A DNA stretch of 64,000 nucleotides, taken from NCBI RefSeq assembly GCF_006345805.1, contig NC_042997.1, positions 60,450,001-60,514,000 of the forward strand. Direction: 5' to 3'. The notes under the pieces are model-generated. The model was not told the origin of the DNA, made no database searches, and saw only the letters and a program-made list of their open reading frames with translations. Every line of letters begins with the position of its first letter. The stretch's first letter is position 1. This document shows, one piece after another, positions 1 through 41,429 of the stretch. This DNA comes from Octopus sinensis. Its lineage: Eukaryota. Position numbers and translations under genes: made by a program.

Positions 1-200
1 TGCTGTTCTTTGTGTTTGTTTTGTTTTCCATTTGTGTCTTTCGTTGTTCGAAAGAATAGTTCATGCTCCATGTACTCGTGCTTCGCACTTTTTTGTTGTA
101 CACGTTTCATGACTTCCCGTGCCCACATATGCATATATATACGTATAGATGTAAGTATATGCATATACGTATGTATATATGCATATTTATTATTTATATA

Positions 201-203
<3 letters not shown>

Positions 204-233
<30 letters not shown>

Positions 234-267
234 TGTATGTATGTATGTATGTATGTATGTATGTATG
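204..267. repeat. (TATG)n microsatellite
   Basis: About 16 perfect units, seen directly. Confidence 0.95.
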
Positions 268-276
268 TGTGTGTGT

Positions 277-455
277 CCACCATCGCTTGACAACCGATAC
301 TAGTGTATTTATGCCCCCGTAACATAGCGGTTCAGTAACATAGACTGATAGAATAAGTATTAAACTTACAAAGAATAAGTCCTGGGGTCGATTTCTTCGA
401 CTAGTACCCTTTAAGGTGGTGCTCCAGTATGGTCGCAGTTAAATGGCTGAAGCAA
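277..455 (+). mobile_element. 3' half of the same SINE family
   Basis: Colinear with ~905-1070 (CATCGCTTG.CAACCGAT...GAATAAGTCCTGGGGTCGATTT). Confidence 0.7.
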
Positions 456-752
456 TACATATATTCATACATGCATGCACGCATGCATGCGTACAACATG
501 CGCGCGCGTGCACGCACATATCACTAGTCTCCGCAGTTTCCATTTACGAAGTAAACTGTGCGGAGGTCAGTCTGGAGTTATAAGTGGAAGTCAAGGTTCC
601 GAACAATGGACCTGAACATCAAACTTAATCACACAATCTCGAGCTTCACGCCTTTATTGAATGTATGGGTGACGATACAAGACTTACATTATCTAATGCC
701 CGTCTCTTTTTAACACAGTTGGTGCGATTTGAGGAAAATTTGTCAACTATAT

Positions 753-1088
753 AGGCGTAGAAGTGGCTGTGTGGCACCTTGGGCAAGTGTCTTCTACTAT
801 AGCCTTGGGCCGACCAAAGCCTTGTGAATGGATTTGGTAGACGGAAACTGAAAGCCCATCGTATATATGTATGTGTGTATGTATATGTTTGTGTGTCTGT
901 GTTTGTACCCCCAACATCGCTTGGCAACCGATGCTGGTGTGTTTACGTCCCCGTAACTTAGCGGTTCGGCCAAAGAAACGATAGAATAAATACTAGGCTT
1001 ACAAATAATAAGTCCTGGGGTCGATTTGCTCGACTAAAGGCTGTGCTTCAGCATGGTCACAGTTACGTGACTGAAAAAAAAAAAAGTA
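753..1088 (+). mobile_element. tRNA-derived SINE with internal microsatellite and A-rich tail
   Basis: Head GTGGCTGTGTGG..CACCTTGGGCAAGTGTCTTCTACTATAGCC; body shared with 277-455; ends CAGCATGGTCACAG...GACTGAAAAAA. Confidence 0.75.
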
Positions 1089-1475
1089 TTTGTAGCAGGT
1101 CAAGTAATTACGTAAGGGTTTCCTTTGTGCGTCATTCTTCTGCAAGATAAAGTTGCTCATGAGTTGTTTCCCTTCTACAAGTAAGCGGTGTTAAAGAAAA
1201 AGATTCCCAGCAAAATGAATTCTTAAATATATGTGAAATTAAAGATCCCACAGATAATAATTGTGATAATTCTTAAAACTGTGAAAATTGAAAATAACCA
1301 ATATAAACTAAAATTAAAGAATAAATCTTCTAGCGATAATGATATTATAACATTGAGCGTATAGATTCTTCTAAATGGCTTAACTCCCTTGAGCACAGAA
1401 AATCGCCGGTCTTTCCTTCGGAAATTGTCGCGCATAAGAAGCAAGTGATCAGAAAGAAGGATCCCCAAACGCAAC

Positions 1476-30616
<29,141 letters not shown>

Positions 30617-30638
30617 TTTTAGTGGATATTTTATAGGT

Positions 30639-30771
30639 AATAAAAGAAATCTGTAATCTGTATCACATTCTATCAAGGCAATTAATTTTGTTTTAATAAT
30701 TGGTTAATACTAAAGATTTACTCCTTTCAATGAAAGATTCTTGGCAATATATTCTTAAATAAATAAATAAA
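30639..30771 (+). terminator. Candidate ABCF1 polyadenylation signals
   Basis: AATAAA at 30639-30644 and overlapping AATAAA hexamers at 30758-30771, downstream of the stop codon. Confidence 0.55.
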
Positions 30772-33604
30772 ATGCTCTGATTAAATTTTCTGCTGGTATA
30801 TTTATCACAGTTTTTTCGTATTCTGTACAAATAGCCCTGTAAGAAGAGCAGTGCAGTGTAGTAGTAAAACATGGACAGTGAATGAAGCGGGTATGTGAGA
30901 AATCAGTTATGGTTTTGTTAGATGTACACTATTGAAATTAGTTTAGCACTAGGATAACCCTAATTGAGCAGAACTATGATGAAGCTTACTCTTGCCATGA
31001 TCATTGCATGTTTTTATAAATTTCTTGGACATCATCTAACATCTCCTTTATGTTTCTAAGATGGTAGGTTGTGATTTGACATATAATTTGTTACTATCAT
31101 TAGCAGTTCAGATGACCTTCTAATAAGAGCAGGTGCCCTCATTGACTTCATTATCAACATTTAATATCCATTTTCTATGCTGGGATGGGTTGGATGGTTT
31201 AACAGGGCTGCACCAAACTTTCATGTCAGTCCAATTAATTGAAGAAATTACTAGAGAAAACATTGGTTGACAATGGAGTAAAAGTTAGGTTTAGAATATT
31301 AATTTCAATTTCAAATATAATGAACAAACAGAAGCTAAAATTGAATGGTAGAGAAATTTTTTAAATACTAATTTTTATGTGTAAACTGAAGCATAACATA
31401 CAGAGAGAAAAGACATATATTGTGGCCTCAACCAACTCTTGGCAATATAAGAGTGGTTGTTAAAAGGAACAGCTAATTTTTTGTAACAAGGTTTATATAT
31501 AAGAATAAATTTACATACTTTCCTTACATTTTTGTAAGTACACTCTGTAAAGTGGTTGGCATTAGGAAGGGCATCCAGCTCTAGAAACCATGCCAAAGTA
31601 GATATGGAACCTGATCAGCTCCTGTCAAACTGTCGAATCCATACCAGTATGAAAAACACATTAAGTGATGATACATTTTTCTAAACTGGCAGAAATTTAG
31701 TGAGTGGAATATATTCTTTTGATAATTGTTTCTATAACTACAAACACACTATATTCTTTCATTGGTTTCAGTCTTCAAGGTTTTTACCTATTTTATTGAT
31801 GCCAGTTTTTATACTGCTAGACATGTTAAAGGCCTGTAGCCTAATATTTAGGGTGTTGCACACTTCAGTGATTTCGATTCCCAGACTGATTGGTATTTAG
31901 TGTTCATTAACAAAGTGCATCATGTCACATTGCTCCAGTTCGATTCATTCAACAGCTAAGAAGTTAATCCTCTTCTAGACTAGCATCCAGTATAGTTCAA
32001 TGGGGATTGTAATCGCAGTCATATGCCATGGAAACTGGATTATGTTCTAACTTTATGATTCTTAGGGCTCATGATGGATCTAAGTTAGGCATGGCTGTGT
32101 AGCTGAGATGTTTTCTTACCGACCATGTGTATTCAGGTTCAGTCCGACACGTGCTACCTTGGGCAACCAAAGCTTTGTGAGTAGATTTGATAGAAACTGA
32201 AAAATGCCCATGGTATATGTGTATTTGTGTCTCCTCGTCTTGACATTGCTGAGAGCACATGGCCTAGTTGTTACGTTGTTGCACTCGCAATCGTATGATT
32301 GTAGTTTCAATTCCTGAATCAAGTGGTACACTATATTCTTGAGCAAAATACTTTGGCACCTGACGTGTGGTACACTGTGCACCTGTTCAGCTGACATCAA
32401 TTTGCTGTCGTGAGCAAGCAAATGTACAACATGTACGTTTGCTCAGTTTAAACAAACCGTTTGTGCAGGTTTGTTCAGCAAGAAATTGCAGAACTGTCTT
32501 TCTCAGAAAGGCCTACCATCAGTTTTGACATTATACATTGCATATAAAAATGAGCATTACCATTATATAAATGATGGTCCTTGTAAGCAGTCCTCCATGA
32601 AAACATGTCTAGGCATGGGAAATTATTATTGTGCTTGGAAACAGGTGAGGACTGGTGACAGGAAAGGCAACAAGCCTTAGAAAACCTGCTTCAAATATAC
32701 CATCTCACCCATGCAAGCATGGAAAAGAGGATATTAAAATGATGTAATCATTTTATTGAACAGTTAAGTCATTTAAATGATGTCCCTTTCAAGGATATAA
32801 ATACCACAAATATATATATTTATATACACACACACATCTGAATCCGTTTACAAATTGCTCTCACAAATCATTAGTCAGTATGAGATTATTGTAGAAGACA
32901 CTTATCCGGGTTGATGCATTTGAATTGAACATGGAACAAATGGCTTGTGCAGTGAACTTGTTAACCTCAGAACCAATCTGCCCAGTGATAATAATCATCA
33001 GAAATGGTTTCAGATTACTTTTGAACAACTTGACAGAAATCTTTGTCAAAACTATTTTCATTATTTTGTACTATTAAACTCTTACCAGAACTAAGAGACT
33101 GGTCAAGTTAGTTGATATATGATAATTAATATAGTGGGACATTTTTCAAAATACCAAAAGTTGACTTCTTATGAAATTGAAGACCATATTGATCAATGTT
33201 CTGACAAAAAGACTGAAAAGCCACATGATTTGAGTTCTTATTCTTCAGCTGAGAGAAAATATGGTGTCATCACTTTTGCTGAAAACTAATAAAACTAGCT
33301 TCATTAACCAACTTGCAGCACCATTTTACTTTCATACAAAGATTAAAAAACCTGAAACAAAATTCTTCACTCATCACAATTGAATAATCACATGTGATTG
33401 TTGCCAAGGCAGACTAATTACTTTTCTCAAATCCTGAACTTTACCTGCAATATAGAATGGTTAACTGAATAAGCTATGCTTCTCTCCTAAAAGAATTAGA
33501 GCCTTTGTCTAATTAGATGGCTTACAATAGTTTTAGTGATGAGTAAGACCTAACAAAGGTAAACTAGATTAAAATGCTTGTTATAGTACAGAACAGTATT
33601 TTTT

Positions 33605-33910
33605 ACCTGTTTCAATCATTAACCTGTAGCCATGCTGGGGCACCACCTTGAAGAACATTTAGTCAACTGAATCGATTCCAGTACTTAATTTTTTGAGCCT
33701 GGTACTCATTTTATGGCCTCTTTTTGCCGAACCACTAAATTACAGGGATGCAAACAAATCAACACCAGTCGTCGAGTGGTGGGAGGACAAACACACATAA
33801 CACGTATATATGACAGGCTTCTTTCACCAAATCCATTCACAAAATTTTGGTTGTTCTGAGGAAGTAAAAGACACTTGCCCAAGGTGCCACACAGTGGGAC
33901 TGAACCTGGG
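33605..33910 (-). mobile_element. Same SINE family, reverse orientation
   Basis: Contains the reverse complement of the head (GACACTTGCCCAAGGTGCCACACAGTGGGACTGAAC) and of the tail (GCCATGCTGGGGCACCACC). Confidence 0.7.
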
Positions 33911-34002
33911 GAAATATAAACAACTTTCTTTCCAAATAAAAATCTGACCTTACCTTTTAACATTTGGGACACTGAATAAGTTACACAGAGGAAGAAGGAT
34001 TG

Positions 34003-34190
34003 CCTGGGTGGTAAGTCATTTTTCAATGTTAAGAAATATGTGTCAGCAGAGTGTCTCATAGGTAGGAAGCAACATGGAAATTATTGTTCAGGTCAAAACT
34101 GACCCTAGGTGATAAGTCATTTTTTTAATGCATGTGCCTAAGCAGAGCCTCTCCTAGGCAGGAGGCAACATAGAAATTGTTATTTAGGCC
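34003..34190. repeat. Diverged ~101-bp tandem duplication
   Basis: CCT.GGTG.TAAGTCATTTT...AGCAGAG..TCTC.TAGG.AGGA.GCAACAT.GAAATT at 34003 and 34104. Confidence 0.8.
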
Positions 34191-34503
34191 TCGTTTGGCT
34201 CCAAAACATTGTAGTTATGACCATTGCACTTTGAGGAAGGATCTAAGATTATCCATTGCATCTTTTTATTACCCAAATTGAGTAACTAACTAGAGGCTTT
34301 CTTGACTAATGAAAATACATCTTGCTGCCTCCATCACTTTCTTGTCTATCTGCCAATGAATGAATAGAGGTAACATGGAATAAAGAGGACACTTAAGTCT
34401 TGCTGATGCTATAAAATACACCAAGAACACTCTGTAAAATGGTTGGACATCCAACTCTAGAACCTATGTCAATTAATAGAATACATGAACATTATGTGGA
34501 CCA

Positions 34504-34718
34504 CTAACCCTCTAGCATTCATATTACTCTGTCAAATGTAATGTTTATTTATTCACATTGTTCTGAATTAAACATGCAATATCTTGTAGCTTTGAGAATT
34601 TGATGTGATTGTTTAATTGTAAAATGACATTGTAAAGAAGGTGTGATAGGCCAGATCTGGCTGGTTTGACCATACAACAGGCAGAATATATGGGCCAGTT
34701 TAAATGTTAAAGACTTAA
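34504..34718 (+). mobile_element. piggyBac-type MITE, family B, diverged
   Basis: CTAACCCTCTAGCATT ... AATGTTAAAGACTTAA with the family B interior. Confidence 0.7.
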
Positions 34719-35748
34719 ACCAATTAGGAAACCAGTAAATCATCCAACCTATGCTAGCTTGGGAAAGTAGGTATAAATTTATAATGCTGATCTACTTGTC
34801 CATTATTCTTACAGACCTATGATCAGAAGTGTTCCACCAATGACCTGCTCATCTTCCTTTATAACTTTCAAAGACAGCATGGTGTGATTTGAGTGAGAGC
34901 TGACAATTTTTGGCAGTAAACTAGAGGCTGGCTCATAAAGTATAAAGTTTATTACTTGATATTCTATGTTTGTGTGTGTATATATATATCAGTGGCAACT
35001 CTGGCACTCAGGCTATTCGTGCTTAGCCCGAGTTGAAATTTAGTAAAATGAACGTATATTTGCAAGCTGATTTAATTTCTGCCAATACTGACTTCAAGTA
35101 TATAATAGTAGCCAATAGCTCAGGCTACTTTTATTGAGCCTAATCACAGTTTGGATATTTTGGTTCAGTATCTGGTGGTCGTCTTAGAGATGCTTTGTGT
35201 CAAAAAATATCAATCGCAGCAGACGTTCTCTGAACATTGTTCACACTCGCCTGACTTGGGCTCAGAAGTTACAGCCAAAGTTGTTATCTATAATTGTAAA
35301 AATTAAAAGTAATTCAATTTCAATGTTTTCTTGAAGTAATAAATTTCTATAGAGATTAGGATTTGAATTCCAATATATGAAAAGTTTCTGTTCTACAATA
35401 TTCTTAAGGGAACAAAATTTATCCAGCAACTCGGGCTAATACAAACAAGCCTGGTAGATGTAAAAGACTGACATCTCTTGTCAAGAGTACAGGCAACAGC
35501 CAGATCACTGTTTGTCATGCACTCAGCTGTCATTATTTGATTGCTGTGTAAAGATCAGTTGTGTTTTGCAGGGTTGCTTTATTTCTACCCTTAACTTAGA
35601 AATGGAGAAAGACATAATGCTAGATATAAAAAATAAGCCATTTGGGGATAGAAATTTTTGAGAAGGCATGTATGTGAAATCTGCGATCAGCCTGAGTGAT
35701 GCTGAAGACCTGGAGTTACCTCTGATATATATATATATATATAAATAT

Positions 35749-35995
35749 ATGGAGAAGGCTTATGAGGGAAGGCCTGCCAAGTACCAGGAGTTGGTAGAGC
35801 AGTGCATAAAATTGAGACCAGCAGGCCTGTTGCAAGGCAACTGAAATGAGCTTCCTAGGATTTGTGGTGTTTTCATTTTGCAAAGCTCTAACTGGGCTCC
35901 AACTTACTGGTGTTACAAAGAGGAATGCTATAAACTCCATTACTGAAGTTGCAGAAAAGGCCACAGGGTGGTTTTGGATAAAACGAGTTACAGGG
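35749..35995 (+). mobile_element. C-terminal fragment of a restriction-like-endonuclease non-LTR retrotransposon (HERO-like)
   Basis: Two frames give MEKAYEGRPAKYQELVEQC and TEMSFLGFVVFSFCKAL...AINSITEVAEKATGWFWIKR. These resemble the RLE C-terminus of HERO-type elements (AYERK.AKYQEL..EC ... IEVGCRGF ... AEKASRWLWIKR), recalled from memory. Confidence 0.65.
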
Positions 35996-36739
35996 ATGCA
36001 AGTTGGGACAAAAAACCCAAAGCCCTCTGAGGCTGCAGAAACAACTCTGACGATGCTTCAAAAGCTTCTACAAGATCTCTGTTTCGATAACCACTTGGTT
36101 CTTCCAACACTTTACCCCGCTTCACTACCCCACCCTATATAAACTAGCTCATTCAGATTCCCCTACCTCATATTTTAACACCTCGCCAAAAGGAGTAGAA
36201 TACCAGATATTCAGATAAGAGACCCTGTTTTTCAACCTAACACACAGCTAAACCGCTCCTTTGCAACGTCGATCATAATTACCTTCTTATTGCATTTCAT
36301 TATCTATCTATGTAGACATTGTTTTGTCTTTCATGCTGTATGTTTAGAGAAAAAAATTTAAGATCCCTTCACTTGATCCAATTCCCCACCTTTCACGCCC
36401 CATTTCATGCTCATTTATTATTGTTGTCATTTATTCATTCATTTACCTAATTTTGTCAGTTTGGCTGACCGAAAACTCTTGGTTATAGTCTGCCCTTCCC
36501 ACCCCCACCACCTGTACAGGAAGTCTCTATCCTCTGACCTCTATCGGATGTCTCTCTCATGAACATCTCCAAAGGTGTTTATCTCCATCCCTACTTAGGG
36601 TTTATCTCCAATGTAGTGTAGTGATTATGTAGCACATAAAGAATGATGGTGTAGTGTATGCAAGCTGAAGGCTATTGTATGTTTATGAGTTCTGCCAAAT
36701 GTGAGCTTTCTTTTCAGGTACATGATGCTGCAGTCCACT

Positions 36740-39700
36740 ATGGTCTCATTGGCCCACACCTCCCACACCCTCAGAGTTGGCACATTTAATGTTGGCTCAC
36801 TGAAATGTAGGTCTGGTGAGATTGTTGAGATGCTTAAATGGAGACATATAGATTTATGCTGCATCCAAGAAATAAGGTGGAGAGGAAGTTCTCCTAAGTT
36901 CCTCAGAGGCAGAGAACATAGGTATAAGATTTTCTGGGCAGGGAACACTGACGGGGTCGGGTGCGTGGGTATACATCTTGCAGAGAAATGGGTTGATAAG
37001 ATAATCAAGATAGTCGGGGGTCTGTGATAGAATATTAGATTAGATTAGTGCTGCAACGTGGTTTAGCAACCATTATCTCAGCCTATGCTCCTAAGCCAGG
37101 GCTATCTGATGAACAGAAAGACAGATTTTATGACACCCTCTTGTAGACTACTTTGTCAATGAAGGAGAGGAACCTTCTCTTTGAAGCTGGCAACTTCAAT
37201 GGACATGCAGAGGGCTTCCAGAGGCTATGGTTTTGGTTCCTGCAATGAGGAGGGAACCAGGCTGCTGGAGTTCTGCAATGCAAATGATTTAATGGTTTGT
37301 AATACTTATGTCAGGAAACCTGCCAGCCACCTATTCACCTACCGATCTGATGGACACACTACTCAAATTGATTACATCCTCGCCAGAAAATGGGAAAGAT
37401 GGCTACTTACAAATGCCAAAACCATCCCAGGTGAAGAATGCCCCCCCCCCCCCCACAACAAATTAGTAGTTAGCAACTTCAGGATCAGGGCTAAATGGAT
37501 GCCCAGAAGATGGCTACCATAGAGAAGGGTCTGGAAGCTTAAGGATCCTGTGAATGGTCAGAGATTTAGAGACGTATTACTCAAAGATTTTGACAAAATT
37601 GAAGGGGATATAGCATCACATGATGTGGAAGACAACTGGAGGTTTCTACGGGAAAACCTGTTGAGGGCTACTGAGCAGATCTGTGGATGGTGCCAAGTCC
37701 CCTCTCGACCCAAGGTAATGTGGTGGTAGAACAATGTAGTTGACAGGGCCATTAGGGAAAAGAAACAGGCATGGAAGGACTGGAAGAACAGTAGTAGCAG
37801 GAAATTGTATCGAATTGCCAGAAGGGAAACTAGGAGACAGGTTTTCTTAACCAGAGGGGAAGCAAATAAGAAAAAATTTGCCAATGTTCTGTGTCATGAG
37901 GACCAAAGACTTGAAGGGTTTCATATTGCAAGACAGTGTGTGAGAGAGAATCATGATGTCGTAGGAGAGAATTGACAGTACCTTGGCAGATAAACCAATT
38001 AAGGGTATGAGGACAGGGAAAGCTCCAGCCCATCAGGAATCACCACAGAGATGCTTGAAATATCTGGTCGTGTCGGCTATAGTCTAGTCACCCGTATAGT
38101 CAATCAGGTGATACATGAAGGAGTCATACCCAATTACTGGTGTAGCAGCACCATAGTCAACTGTTACAAGGTGATGCATTAGATACAAATAATTACAGAG
38201 GTATCAACTTGTTGAATCAGATAATGAAAGTCATGGAGAGGGTCATAATTTAGATGAGATGCAGTTTGGGTTTGTGCCAGGGAAAAGCACTATATTTCTG
38301 GTAAGACAGTTACAGGAGAAATACCTAACCAAAAATAACCTCTGTACCTGGCTTTCATTGGCATGGAGAAAGCCTTTCCCGGGGTCCTCTGATCCCTTAT
38401 CTGGTGGTCAATGTGGAAACTAGGGATAGGTGAGTGGTTAGTGAGAGCTGTGTACAAGCCATGTACAGGAATGCTGTCAGTAAGGTGAGGGTTGGCAAGA
38501 AGTACAGTGAAGAATTCCAGGTAGGAGTAAGAGTCCACCAAGGATCAGTCCTCAGCCCCCTCTTATTCATCATAGTCCTCCAGGGAATAACAGGAGAATT
38601 CAAGACAGGATGCCCCTGGGAGCTCCTCTATGCTGATGCCCTTGCTCTAATAGCTGAGTCACTATCAGAACTAGAGGAGAAGTTTCAGGTGCGGAAGCAA
38701 GGTCTACAATCGAAGGGCCTTAGAGTCAATCTAGCAAAAACCAAAGTCTTAATAAGTAGGAAGGCAGAGAAACCACAAATCCCTTCAGGTAGATGGCCCT
38801 GCTCAATCTGTAGAAAAGGCAGAGGTAGAAACTCCATAAGATGTACTCGGTGTAAGCTATGGACACATAAGAGGTGCAGCAATATCAAAGGGAGGCTAAC
38901 TGGGAAGATAGGTTTTTTTGTGTGGCAAATGTTCAGGAGCAATAAACACTGAAAATGTGCAGAAAACTATGAGTAGTTGATAGCTTCTGTTACCTAGGTG
39001 ACCAAGTCAGTAGCAGGGGGTTGTTGCTCTGAGAGCGTAGCTGCTAGAATAAGAATAGCCTAGGCAAAGGCCTCTTATTCAGAGTATAAGGTAGACTGTA
39101 TGATGCATGTGTGCAAACAGCTATGCTACATGGCAGTGAAACATGGGCCATGACTGCTGAGGACATGCGTAAGCTTGCAAGGAATGAAGCTAGTATGCTC
39201 CACTGGATATGTAATGTCAGTGTGCATACACAACAGAGTGTAAGCACCCTGAGAGAAAAGTTGGACATAAGAAGCATCAGATGTGGTGTGCAAGAGAGAC
39301 GATTGTGCTGGTATGGTCATGTGTTGCATATGGATGAGGACAGCTGTGTGAAAAAGTGTCACACCCTAGTAATAGAGGGAACCTGTGGAAGAGGTAGACT
39401 CAGGAAGACTTGGGACGAGGTGTTGAAGCACAGCCTTCGAATGTTGGGCCTCATTGAGGCAATAACAAGTGACCAGGACCTTTGGAGATATGCTGTGCTT
39501 GAGAAGACCCGGCAAGCCAAGTGAGACTGTAACTGTGGCCTATGCCAGTGCAGCATAACCAGCTCATTTAAGAGTACCCTTCAATCATTGGGCAATAAAC
39601 TGCACTTGTGAAGTCCTGTTGAGGCAAGTGAAGTCATCATCATGGCCGACAACAGTACCGCCTGATTGGCACCCGTACCTGTGGCACATAAGAAGCACCT

Positions 39701-39996
39701 TTGAGCATGGTGAATGCCAGTGCAGGCTGACTGGTCCTGTGTCAGTGGCACGTAAAAGGTACCATTCAAGTATGGCCGATGCCAGTATTGCCTGACTGGC
39801 CCTCATGTCATTGGCATGTAAAAAGCATTCACTACACTCTCAGAGTGGTTGGTGTTAGGAAGGGCATCCAGCCGTAGAAACATTGCCAGATCAGATTGGA
39901 GCATGGTGCAGCCTTCTGGCTTGCCAGCCCTCAGCCAAACCATCCAACTCATGCCAGCATGGAAAGCGGACGTTAAACGACAATGATGATGATGAT
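36740..39996 (+). mobile_element. RTE-clade LINE, near full length, inactivated
   Basis: APE N-terminus (LRVGTFNVGSL...CIQEIRW; TQIDYIL), RT (HQGSVLSPLLFIIV; LYADAL, where the catalytic YADD is mutated), C-terminus (LHGSETW; LCWYGHV; GRGRLRKTW), then a ~470-nt 3' UTR ending in (GAT)n. Multiple stops and frameshifts. Confidence 0.92.
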
Positions 39997-41389
39997 CAAA
40001 TATATCTTCAGCGACTGTACATCAGTGAAAAATATAAACATCATTGAAAGAACAAAAAAGACTGATGCTTAACAAATTTCCCTATCATATTTGTTTTGCC
40101 ATATTTACCATTAGAAAAGCAAGACAAGTGATTGGCTTCCTTGAGTATGTGTAACCCACAACATTTTTGTTCATGTATATTATGAGATAAATCTGGTTTC
40201 AATCCCCATTTGAAACTACTTAACTTATGATACTAGCATTAACAAACAAATGATATAATCGGCCCAACTTTTCCCATATATCATAGTTTATTAAAATGAA
40301 TGTTTATCCTAACATTTGAATTTCATGTCAGTGTGATCTTCAGGAACAATAACTGCCTGAAGAGTACACTGACATGAAACTTGAGTTGCAAGATAAGCAT
40401 TCAATTTAAATAAATCATATATATATATCAAGTATTGCTTCCTAATTTATTCAACATAATTCAAAGTCCATATATCATTGTAGCAACTAGACTGTTAGAT
40501 GTTATACACCACTGGTCATAATGTGTTTCTTTGTATTTGTGGATGATGCTACGCTGCTGGCTTGGCAGGCTGACAAACATTCACCTTGAATGATATGCCA
40601 ATCCATCACAGAGTTAACATTTACAACTGAGTGCGCACGCACACACACACACACAATATCAAGGATTCGAGAGAGAATCAGGTACTTAAATGATAGGTAC
40701 CAGGATGGGTCAAATTAACTTGTAAACACCATCTTTAGTTGAATAAATATACTGGGTACTGAAGTACATCCAGTGAAATATTCAGGTTATGCATACAGAG
40801 AATTTAACCCTTATGAGCATTTAACACATAGGGGCTGCTACAAAGCGCACAGTGTTTGGTATACTCTAGGATGCCCAACAGGCTGGAGTCTAGGTGTGTT
40901 CCCACCATGTTCATGGTTAGTTCTATAGTTTGAAATTCTATGTATCATCTGATCAAAATGGTTTTTTGCTATGATGTAATGTACTCATTCATCTATTAAA
41001 AAATGCATTAGAAACCACTGTAATGAACTGACATTTATCCATCGTTTGTTATTTATCTATTTGTGTGTGTGTGTACACAGTTTTATGCCTCTGAAAATTG
41101 TGGCTGTTTCAATATTCTGCCACAGAATTACATAAAATTTCACCCACATGACAATTTATAACCATAGGTTAGATCCCCAACTTATACAAGAAATAAAAAA
41201 AAAACTTATCTCTATTAATATACTGTGTTATTTCAATTCCTTTGGTAATTAGGAAACTATGCAGTCAATTATCTTTGACTGCTTGTATCAAACATGTTTA
41301 TAATACAAACTATAGTGTCATCTTTTACATTTGACCATGTAAATTCAAAGCAGCAACTATTGCTATTGCTAAATTCGCGTTTAGATGCA

Positions 41390-41429
41390 TGGCTAATTAC
41401 AAAAATAAAATAAAAAATGGAATTTTATT
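41390..41429 (-). terminator. Candidate distal poly(A) site for a minus-strand transcript (possibly MKK7)
   Basis: Minus-strand AATAAA (plus-strand TTTATT at 41424-41429) followed on the minus strand by a U-rich tract, TTTTTTATTTTATTTTTGT. Confidence 0.35.

Noticed and set aside
646-927. Minus-strand ORF with a GTAAGT donor near 690 (divergent gene exon?)
   Set aside because: Most of the ORF is antisense SINE sequence; a lone donor is insufficient.
36030-36160. GAAAC and CTGACGA motifs suggesting a hammerhead ribozyme
   Set aside because: The order and spacing leave no room for stems I and III; no full core on either strand.
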